Source: Mobula hypostoma | Taxonomy: Eukaryota | Direction: 5' to 3' | Assembly: GCF_963921235.1 (NCBI RefSeq) | Contig: NC_086097.1 | Location: forward strand, 142,168,001 to 142,232,000 | DNA: 64,000 nucleotides | Part shown: in pieces, positions 38,242-47,579 of the stretch | Position numbering within the stretch: the stretch's first letter is position 1 | How the letters are laid out: each line of letters opens with the position of its first letter | Program-made: the position numbers and the translations under genes | Notes under the pieces: model-generated | Seen by the model: only the letters and a program-made list of their open reading frames with translations | The model's database searches: none | Told to the model about the DNA's origin: nothing

Positions 38242-40557
38242 TTAAGGGAGAGACCTTATCAGTAGACCTGGCCAAAACAATAGCCTTCTCCCATCTGACC
38301 GATCCCATCCTAATCTTTTCAAAATGGTTTTTTCCTCTATCAAGGGGCCCCTAGCATCATTGATTTCCACGCTAACACCGACTAGGTTTGTTAGCATATC
38401 AAAAGCCGGTGACCGTCTCAGTTCGCGTCGGTCATGATCAATAACATTCTTCCCCCTGGGCAGCCGGTAAATCTCTTTCATGATTCCACCAACTGTTTCC
38501 TCCAGCACCGCAAAATGTCCACCGGGGGGTACCTCGTGGGCCATGTTAAAAACCTCATCCCCATAACTCTTTTGCACCACCCCCCATTCCTCATCTGCGG
38601 GTACTGTACTTGATTTCCCTTTCTTCCTTAGCACTTCCTCCTCCGCACAATAGCTTGTCAAGGCTGTGTCAGAGAGAGCGGTCTCGGCAAAAACCATCAG
38701 CCCCTCGTCTCGCTCCTGCGTCTGCACAAATTCTTTCCTGGCTACTGCTACGTCCGTCCCAGCTCCCTCACTACCTCTTATCTCACTACACCCTGTCTCA
38801 TACAAGGTTGGCAGAAATGTTTCAGCCAAATTCACCATCGCGGGCGGGGCCTCCATGCTGGCAGGCTGACCCGTCAATCTCACGACTGGGAACACGATTC
38901 CTCCGGCGATGTCATTACCGAGCAAGACTTCCACGTCTTTCATCGGTAATTCGGACCTCACCCCAATCGTGACTAGTCCAGAGACCAGGTTGCTCTGTAA
39001 GTGTATCTGGTGCAAAGGGACTGACTCTGTCCCTTCCCCAACACCTTTGACCTCTACCTCCCCAGTCTGGGTCTCTGAGCTAAACTCTAATACACTCTTC
39101 AGTATTAGTGACTGACACGCTCCCGTGTCTCTCCAGATCCGCACTGGAACTGGTTTTAACCTCTTTTTCACTGACACCAGTCCGGCCGAGATAAACCTCT
39201 CGCGCCCTTCCTGGACTTTTTCAGACCTGTCCTTCCCTAGCGGTTCGCTTAACAGCTCAATACAGCCATTCAAAATTTCCGCTTTTCCTTTCCCCGTCTC
39301 CTTCCTTGGGGCAAAGCACCTGGACGCAAAGTGTCCGACTTTCCCACAATTATAACAGACGACCCCAGGAGACTTCCTACCAGACTGCTCCCGGTCTACC
39401 TTATCCTTTTCACTAGTCCCCGGCTTACTTTCTGACTTTTCCGGTGGACTCTCCCCGCCGTCCTGACTACCCTTCTGGTAGCCTTTACTCGGGGCAACCT
39501 TCATTTTATGCGTCAACGCATACTCATCCGCTAACTTAGCAGTTGCGGCTAACGTGGCTGCCTCTTTCTCATCGAGGTAGGGTCTCATACCCTCAGGGAC
39601 ACAACCTTTAAACTGCTCAATCAGAACCAGTTGCAGCAGTCTGTCATAATCCCCCTCTACCCCTTTCGAGGCGCACCAACGCTCACAATATGTTTGCATC
39701 TCACGAGCAAACTCCAAATACGTGCGGTCCCACCGCTTCCTCGCATTCCGGAACCTCTGACGGTATGCCTCCGGGACCAACTCATAAATCCTGAGGATGG
39801 CCTCCTTCACCACCTCATACTTCTGGGCATCTTCCGCGGATAAAGCGGAGTAAGCTTGTTGGGCCTTCCCTTTCAGTACACTCTGAAGTAAGACAACCCA
39901 CTTATCCCTCGGCCAGTCCTGACTTATAGCTACTTTTTCGAAGTGGAGAAAGTACCGATCCACATCGGTATCGTCAAATGGGGGAACCAGCCTAACCTCC
40001 TGGGTCGCCCGGAACCCTCCACCTTGGTTCGGCACGAGCCCCTGCTCGGCCCTTATCTTTAACTTCTCCAGCTCAAATTCCCTTTCCCTCTGTTTCTCCT
40101 CTCTCTCCAACTGCCTGTCCCTCTCTCTCTCTTCTCTCTCCAACTGTCTTTCTCTCTCTTGCCTTTCTACCTCTTTCTCTCTCTCCCGCCTTTCTAACTC
40201 TTTCTCTCTCTCCCGCCTTTCTAACTCTCTCTCTTTCTCCTGCCTTTCTAACTCTCTCTCTTTCTCCTGCCTTTCTAACTGCCGTACCCGGAACTCGTGC
40301 TCGAGTCTCAGTTTTTCAAGCTGTACCTGTACCGCGTCTCCAGCAGGTTTTCCAATAGACACCTCCCCCAGCTCACCTTGGGGAAACACACCTTTAGATA
40401 CATAGTGCTCTACAATAGCTCTGTGTATCTCCTCTCTCCTCATTGTCGACTTCACCTTAGCAAGATTCACCCGTTTTGCCACAGCTATCAATTCCGATTT
40501 CCTGGCATCCTCTAATGCCTCCAAGGTCGGCGCCTTTATAAATTCCTCAACCTCCAT
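38242..40557 (-). CDS. Uninterrupted 771-aa Gag-protease polyprotein of Gypsy copy B with a degenerate integrase zinc-finger tail
   Basis: E/R coiled coil, SCAN-like capsid (LLQLVLIEQFK), CCHC CYNCGKVGHFASRC, protease IWRDTGACQSLI..LLGNDIAGG, AHEVPPGGHF. Confidence 0.9.
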   Translation of the reverse strand: MEVEEFIKAPTLEALEDARKSELIAVAKRVNLAKVKSTMRREEIHRAIVEHYVSKGVFPQGELGEVSIGKPAGDAVQVQLEKLRLEHEFRVRQLERQEKERELERQEKERELERREREKELERREREKEVERQERERQLEREERERDRQLEREEKQREREFELEKLKIRAEQGLVPNQGGGFRATQEVRLVPPFDDTDVDRYFLHFEKVAISQDWPRDKWVVLLQSVLKGKAQQAYSALSAEDAQKYEVVKEAILRIYELVPEAYRQRFRNARKRWDRTYLEFAREMQTYCERWCASKGVEGDYDRLLQLVLIEQFKGCVPEGMRPYLDEKEAATLAATAKLADEYALTHKMKVAPSKGYQKGSQDGGESPPEKSESKPGTSEKDKVDREQSGRKSPGVVCYNCGKVGHFASRCFAPRKETGKGKAEILNGCIELLSEPLGKDRSEKVQEGRERFISAGLVSVKKRLKPVPVRIWRDTGACQSLILKSVLEFSSETQTGEVEVKGVGEGTESVPLHQIHLQSNLVSGLVTIGVRSELPMKDVEVLLGNDIAGGIVFPVVRLTGQPASMEAPPAMVNLAETFLPTLYETGCSEIRGSEGAGTDVAVARKEFVQTQERDEGLMVFAETALSDTALTSYCAEEEVLRKKGKSSTVPADEEWGVVQKSYGDEVFNMAHEVPPGGHFAVLEETVGGIMKEIYRLPRGKNVIDHDRRELRRSPAFDMLTNLVGVSVEINDARGPLIEEKTILKRLGWDRSDGRRLLFWPGLLIRSLP

Positions 40558-41859
40558 TTCTGCTGTTTGTCTTTTCTTTCTTTCGGGAATTTTAACCCAA
40601 TCAATTTACTCCGTCCCAAATTTAGCGTTCAAAATCGCGGACGAGAACCCCACTTATGTTACGTACCCCGTAACTGGGTTGCCAAACCAGCAGAAATGGA
40701 TCACTCAGTTGGAGTCTGGAGTACTAGAACTAAGAAAGTTTTATTAAAGAAACAAGCAACACAGTAATCGAAAGGATAATAAATGCAACAGTTCAGTGAT
40801 GATAAACACACATGTGCACAGAATTAAGATAACAGCATCAATCAAGCTCTATCGTTGTCTAGGGGTAAATGACCAATTTCAAAATGACTCTAAGTTCAGT
40901 CCAGTTTAGTAGTTCAGTTCGCAGTAATCGTTGCCATGGCGGTGGACAACGTGGGGGAAGAGAGAGATAGAATAGGAACAACTCATCATTCAGAACGGCT
41001 TCACTCACAGACCAGCGGGATGGCTCACAGACCAGCGAGATGGCTCACAAACAGCTTTTGGGCGGGTCCTTGGTGATGTCACCTGAGGTCACCGACTGTG
41101 ACCCCTCCTCCAGATGCGGTCGATCCTCTGCAGTGAACCCGGCACCCAGGCAAGGGCGGACACACACCGGGTTCCCGCTGATCGTACCTTTCCACCCTTG
41201 TCGTTGTCCGGTACTTCTCACCCACTCATGAGAAGCGCACCGCTTCCAGGGTCTCGTTACCTCGGGTGGCGTGTGTGTCTGTCTTAGCGAACCTGTCCCT
41301 TTTTATCCCCCTGCTGGGGTATCGCCTGTCCATCACTTCAAACAGTTCAGGGTTCAAAGGGGGGAGCCGCTCCAGACAGCTCTTCCTCCCACATCCCTTC
41401 ATTACACATCTCCAGACGCTGCTCCATTGTTCCTTATCTCTCCTTCCCCTGAGGGCAGGTGGCAGACCAACTGCTGATGCCACTGATGCTAGCCCAGGCC
41501 AGCAAACATCTTAATTTTATGTGTATTCTCGTAACAGGTTTCATTCTGAGATTCTCACTGTTACAGAAATCAATCGTTAGTCAACTCACTCGAAGTGACA
41601 TCAAGGCCAAGAGCACTGCATCCCATAAACGGTCTGGACTCATATACTGCAGTCGTAATGCCGAAGACCTGAACTTCAGAATTAGTTGTGACTTGAGCCA
41701 AGATGTTCCAGTACAGTTATAATGCTGGCATCTATCAAACAACGTGGAACATTGCCCAACTATATCCTGATCACAAAAATATAGTGCAAATTGGCCAATA
41801 ACTACCCAGTTAGGCCTGACTCAATTGCCAGAAAATTGATAGAAGACATCATTAACAGC

Positions 41860-42465
41860 ACAAACAAGAGAAAATCTGCAGATGCTGGAAATCCAAACAC
41901 ACACAAAATGCTGGAGGAACTCAGCAGGCCAGGCAGCATCTACAGTTGATGTTTTAGGCCAAGATTCTTCAGCAGGACTGGAGAAAAGAAAAAGATGAGG
42001 AGTAGAGTTAAAAGGTGGGGGAGGGAGAAACACAAGGTGATAGGTGAAACCAGGAGGGAGAGGGATGTAGCAAAGTGTTTGGAAGTTCATTGGTGAAAGG
42101 GCTGGAGAAGAGGGAACCTAATAGGAGAGGACAGAAGGCTGTGGAAGAAAGAAAAAGGGGGGGGTGCACAAGAAGGAGGTAATGAGCAGGCAAGGGGATA
42201 AGGTGAAAGAGGGAAAAGGGGATGGGGAATGGTGAAGGGGTGCATTACCAGAAGTTGGAGAAATCAATGTTCATGCCATCAGGTTGGAGGCTACCCAAGC
42301 AGAATATAAGGTGTTGTTCCTCCAACCTGAGTGTGGCCTCATTGCGACAGTGGAGGAGACCACAGATAGATATACTGGAATGGGAATAGAAAGTGGAATT
42401 AAAATGGGTGACCACTGGGAGATCCCGCTTTTTCTGGTGGATAGAGCACAGGTGTTTGGCGAAGC
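41860..42465 (-). mobile_element. PLE 3' fragment (GIY-YIG C-terminus + terminal repeat)
   Basis: FAKHLCSIHQKKRDLPVVTHFNS..RLEEQHLIFCLGSLQPDGMNIDFSNF, with a decayed hammerhead motif at about 41944-41980. Confidence 0.85.
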
Positions 42466-43139
42466 CATCAAATTCCATTTGCTTACTAATAACCTGCTCA
42501 ACAATGCCAAGATGGGGCTTCCTCAGGACACTTGACTCCATGCTTTACAGCACTTTGGTCCAAATTTTGGCCGAAGAACACAAAGGTGAGAAAAGAGTGA
42601 CATCAAAGCAGTATTTAATAAAGTATTGCAAAAGGTGCCTTGATAAAACTGAAGTCAGAAGTCCTCAACAGAGAAAACATATCAACATTTAAAGTCATGC
42701 TTGCTTTTGAACCCTCAATGGAGCAATTCAGACTCACTCTAAGCTGTCCTGGACCACAGTTCCACTTTCATGTCTGCCACATTTTGGTGCTGCATCAGAA
42801 GACCCTTTTTCTTCTTTTGAAATGTCAAAGATTACTAACTTCAAAAGCTTTCTAATTCTAATACTCCAGCAGATTGTTCTCACCCTTCAACTCTTTTCTG
42901 CACATTTGCATGATCACTTCTGGCCAAAGGAAGAACAAAGATCCCTTAGTCTTAAATTTCCACAACTCTAGAATTGCATTCAACAGATTATCCTTCACAA
43001 TTTCCTCACATTATATTTACAATATCACAGAAGGCAAGCAACCTCATCCACAGTCCTTTTCTTCTTATTGCCTATAGCCTTGCAACTTACTCTGTCACAT
43101 ATGCCTGAGCTTCCCTTTAATTTCTTTTGTCATTAACTT

Positions 43140-43310
43140 ACACTAATGGATAATTCACCTTATGCAACAAACCTACCACATGTGGGAGGAAACAAGAGCC
43201 TGGAACATCTGGGGAAAATCAACACGGTCACTGAAAGAACATGCAGACTCCACACAAAGGTCAGGATCAAATTGAGGTCCAGCAGCTGTGTAGCAGCGGT
43301 AACATCTGCA
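43140..43310 (-). mobile_element. V-SINE/HE1-like tRNA-derived SINE, decayed
   Basis: Minus strand reads GCTACACAGCTGCTGGACCTCAATTTGATCCTGACC..TGTGTGGAGTCTGCATGTTCT..GTGACCGTGTTGATTTTCCCCAG..TTTCCTCCCACA. Confidence 0.6.
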
Positions 43311-43349
43311 TCCTAGTTCTTTCAGCTGCAATGAGTTTTCATCATCAGG

Positions 43350-44075
43350 TATATGAGGCTGCTTAACAAGCTACGACCCCATGGTACTACAGGGAAGATT
43401 CTAGCATGGATAAAGCAGTGGCTGGTTGACAGGAGACAAAGAATGGGAATAAAGGGAGCTTTTTCTGGTTGGCTGCCCATGACTAGTGGTGTTCCACAGA
43501 GGTCTGTGTAGTGCTTAGACTTTATAAAGCACTGGTGAGGCCTCAGCTGGGGTATTGTGAGCAGTTTGGGGCCACTTATCTTAGGAAGGATGTGCCGAAA
43601 CTGGAAAGGGTTCAAAGGAAGCTCATGAAAACAATTCCGGATTGAATGGCTTGACATATGAAGAGCGTTTGATGGCTCTGATCCTGTATTCACTAGAATT
43701 CAGAAGATTGAGGGGTGACCTCATTGAAACCTATCGAATGGTGAAAGGTCTTGATAAAGTGGATATGGAGAGGATGTTTTCTGTGGTGGGAGAGTCCAAG
43801 ACCAGAGGACACAGTCTCAAAATAGAGGGGCTTCCTTTTAGAACGGAGATGAGTAATTTCTTTAGCCAGAGAGTGGTGAATCTATGGAATTCTTCGCTAC
43901 AGGCGGCTGTGCAGGCCAAGTCTTTTTGTATATTTAAGGCAGAGGTTGATAGATTCTTGATTGGTCAGGGCATGGGGGGATGAGCTGAGAGGAAAACTGG
44001 ATCGGCTATGATGAAATGGCAGAGCAGGCTCAATAGGTCAAATGGCCTAGTTCTGCTCCTGTATCTTATGATCTG
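43350..44075 (+). mobile_element. CR1 LINE fragment with internal deletion
   Basis: WLPMTSGVPQ is joined to RLYKALVRPQL, then YSLEFRRLRGDLIETYRM..FFSQRVVNLWNS. Tail AATGGCCTAGTTCTGCTCCTGTATCTTATG. Confidence 0.88.
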
Positions 44076-44099
44076 ACCCTAAGCAGATTGCTGATCTTA

Positions 44100-44445
44100 T
44101 GGTTCATCCAGAGCTTCTGGGTGGAGAAGACTCCAAATGATATTGTGTGGACACACTCATCTACACCTGTTTTAATAAAGTCCGTGACAACCATGATGTG
44201 TGTATTCATTCAGATCCACAGATGAGTCTTTGAACACAGCCCAGTCTACAGATTCGAAGAAATCCGTAGCCACTCCTTTGCTTCCTGTAACCACCTCTTT
44301 CTTGTCCTCATCTCAGGAGTTTTGCTCTTTAGCCTCTGCCTTTATGCAGTAGAAAGACAGCCAAGTGATCCGATTTTCCGAAATGCAGTCTGGGCGTGAA
44401 ATGGTAGGCATTTCTTATCTTACAGTGGTCTTGTGTGTTGGGACT
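44100..44445 (-). mobile_element. Rex1/Babar LINE endonuclease-region fragment
   Basis: TRSPNTQDHCKIRNAYHFTPRLHFGKSDHLAVFLL, colinear with 50670-51020. Confidence 0.75.
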
Positions 44446-44697
44446 TCTAGTGCTGCATGTTAATTGGGCAGGGTTTTCTTCAAACAAGCCACAATGAAAT
44501 CCCTGACTATGATTTGAAATGCGTCGGGATGGACTATTTCTGGTTTGGAGAACAACCTTACTTTGAGCATACACACTATTATATTGAAACTTTTCATAAG
44601 TCTTTACCAAGACTGAAAACTAAAGTATTAAGAAATAGAATAGTATTCATGGCAAGTGAATTAGAACGGATGAATTTAAGTACAATTGCATTAGAAA

Positions 44698-45185
44698 CAA
44701 GTAAGCAAATTTATTTGTATAGCACTTTTCAAACACAAGGCAATTCAAAGTGCTTTACATACAACAGGATACAAAAATCAAACATTAAATTTCAGACAAT
44801 AAGAGAATAAAATCACACAAAAATAGATACGATAAATATGTTACAGTGCAGGAGATCCTAATTAAAAGCTACAGCAGAAGTTTTAAGCCTCTATTTAAAG
44901 AAGCTTAAAGTCTGGGCAAACTTTAGATCCTCTGGAAGGTTATTCCAGATATGTGGAGCACAGTAACTAAAAGCTGCTTCACCATGTTTAGTTTTGAGCC
45001 TGGAGACAGTAAGCAGACCCACTCCAGACAACCTGAAAGCTCCAGAAGGTTCATAATGCAGCAGGAGATCAGAGGTGTATTTTGGCCCAAGAACATTCAG
45101 TGCTTTATAAACCAGTAGTAATATTTTAAAGTCAGTCCTCTGATGCACAGGAAGCCAGTGTAGCAATCTGAGAACTGGAGTTGAC
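44698..45185 (-). mobile_element. L2 LINE 3' end
   Basis: LHWLPVHQRTDFKILLLVYKALN..GEAAFSYCAPHIWNNLP. 3' tail TGTAAAGCACTTTGAATTG..GAAAAGTGCTATACAAATAAA. Confidence 0.85.
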
Positions 45186-45976
45186 TTTACATCTCTTTTT
45201 GATACTTTTTTTTCAGTTTTTTAAACAAATATCAGACAGCTCACTTAATTTAAAATTCAAACAAAAGTGCTAGAAACACTGAGCAAATCAGACAGTTAAA
45301 TGAGAAATTGAGTTTGTTTTTCAGGTTGAAGATGCTTTGGCAGAATCATGAAGGAGAAATAAAGCTTAATAGGTTTTTTTTTAAAATCTTCAACCCAAAA
45401 CATTAATTCTATTTCTCTTCCCATAGCTGCATCTTGACCTATGGAGCATTACCAGAATTTTTCTTTTTATTAAAAGGAGAAAACAATGGCCATTTAATCT
45501 ATTTGTCACAAGATACAATAACAGCTGTGCCTAATCAAAAAAAAATCACTGCATTACTTCCTCAAAAGCTCCAGGTGGGAGTTGAAGAAACCATCATGAA
45601 GAAATTAGATCTATTGTCCCTTGGGCCTCACAAGTACACCATACTTGCTGCCACTTCTCAAGTTACTTGCATAACCAATCCCAGAGCTATTTTCTCAAGA
45701 AATCTAAACTGCATCTGGATTAATACCACTTTTCCTATTGCCCTTGTCAGTCTATTCCATAATCACGAGCCCCATAAAGATTGTTCCAATAATGATTTTT
45801 ATGTTTATTTTCTTCAATCACAGGCCATTGTCCTCTGATTCAATTACTTTGGATAGCTCAATATAGTCCATATAATTCATTTCTTTTAAAATCCTAAACA
45901 AGTTTTCAATATTCTCTTTATCAAGTGAACATTGCTAATTTACATAATGCCTTGTAATTCAATTCACTCCAAATAT

Positions 45977-46165
45977 CAAAGTTGCTGGTGAATGCAGCAG
46001 GCCAAGCAGCATCTGTAGGAAGAGGTGCAGTCGACGTTTCAGGCCGAGACCCTTCGTCAGGTCTTCGACTGCACCTCTTCCTACAGATGCTGCTTGGCCT
46101 GCTGCGTTCACCAGCAACTTTGATGTGTGTTGCTTGAATTTCCAGCATCTGCAGAATTCCTGTTG
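45977..46165. mobile_element. 189-bp fold-back PLE-tail insertion with a hammerhead core in the loop
   Basis: 60-bp inverted arms 45975-46034/46065-46124 (1 mismatch). Flanking direct repeat TTCACTCCAAATAT at 45963-45976/46166-46179. Confidence 0.88.
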
Positions 46166-47579
46166 TTCACTCCAAATATTTTAGCTTTAGTCTATATTCT
46201 TTGCAAAGCCACAAGATTCTTTTTATATTCTGATTAAATATGTACTCTGTATTCAAAGTGGGCTTTCACTGATTTTATAAAGTAGCAAGATTACCTCAGT
46301 AAGTGGTAAAGGTGGGTACAGTTATGTTGTCAGTCATAATTAAAAGGTAGTTGTATAATTACATGGATAGGAGAAGATGGATATGGGCTAAATGCAGGCA
46401 AATAGGACTAACTCAGGTAGACAAGTTGGATCAAAGGGCCTGTTACCATACTGTTTAGCTCTACGATTATGATTATTTGACTCTAGCTTGGCTTAACTAA
46501 CACACCCCAACTCTTGGCTTCATTAATTCACTGTTCCCATGTTTATTTCCATTCAATATCCCATTTGAACTTCTGAATTTCTTTCCTTTTCATCCCTTTG
46601 GCCAATCCCTTTCAGTTACTTGATTGGGAAGTACTGCTCAAGCACAGTTTAACCCAGCATGGACATTCAAGCCTGAGAGGTGGGATGACTGTAGAAGTCT
46701 TCCCTGCCATGTTGAACTCCAATGAGAAGTCCACCAACGCAGCGTAGAAGCAGTCACAGCCAAAAGCAGCAGAGAGGTTCTGCTGTCAGGGTCAGAGGAA
46801 ACAGTAATGGTCACCAACAAATCTGGGTAAATCCCAGGATTAACTTTGGCATGTACCGGTAAACTCTGGGCCAGTGCTTTGGAGAAGTGAGAACTCCCCA
46901 TTTTTAAAAATTATTTTTCATACTAAAAATGAAACCTTTTGTAACAATGAGCATCTCGCATTACTACTTCAGGTTATGTTTAGCAACAAGATATTGCAGT
47001 TCATTTATTTAACACAGAAAGATGGTCACAAATAGGTTTCTTACTTACAACTACCAGTCACATCTTTCCATTAATGGGTACAAGGCAAAGCTGGCAAGTT
47101 ATCTTTAACATTAAGCAGATCACAATTATTAATTATTAAAACTTTAGAGAGACTATCTGAAGTTGAAAAGCAGGACAATTGCAGTATTTTATAAAATAAC
47201 TATTTTCTGCCCCGGTCTTCAGAATTGTTCATATCAAAGTAAACAGACTTCATTCTGTTGATCAGGACTAACGTTAACACTTTAATCAAGTATTGCTTTT
47301 ATATTATTGCATATAAAATAGATGCAGCTTAGGACAAGGCAAATGCAACTTGCATTTTGCTGGAACAATGAGCTCGTGACAGATACCAGCCAGTGAGCTG
47401 AGCTCATGCTCTACATTTATAAATATCTCTCCTAGATTTCAGCACTTTGTACCAAAAGGAGCTTTATTTAAAAGTACTTTCATGGGGAGCCTATTTTTCT
47501 AAGTCAATGCTGCAGATGGTCCATCTCTGCTACTTATCCAAAATTTACCAATCCTATCCCGCTGCAAAAGTAAAACACC

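Larger units (their letters stand above)
36605..41536 (-). mobile_element. Gmr1-like Gypsy LTR retrotransposon, copy B (young; intact gag-pro, deleted pol)
   Basis: 880-bp LTRs 40657-41536 and 36605-37484 with 3 substitutions by eye. TSD GGTT (36601-36604/41537-41540), PBS TGGGGTTCTCGTCCGCGATTTTGAAC, PPT AAAGGGGGGAAG 37485-37496. Confidence 0.96.

Noticed and set aside
45434..45838. 134-aa ORF
   Set aside because: Non-ATG start inside a decayed PLE tail and no domain signal.
46620..46901. GC-richer unique stretch with an 87-aa ORF
   Set aside because: No recognisable motif or splice support.
47049..47156. Strong-looking acceptor/donor pair on the minus strand
   Set aside because: Stops in all three frames.
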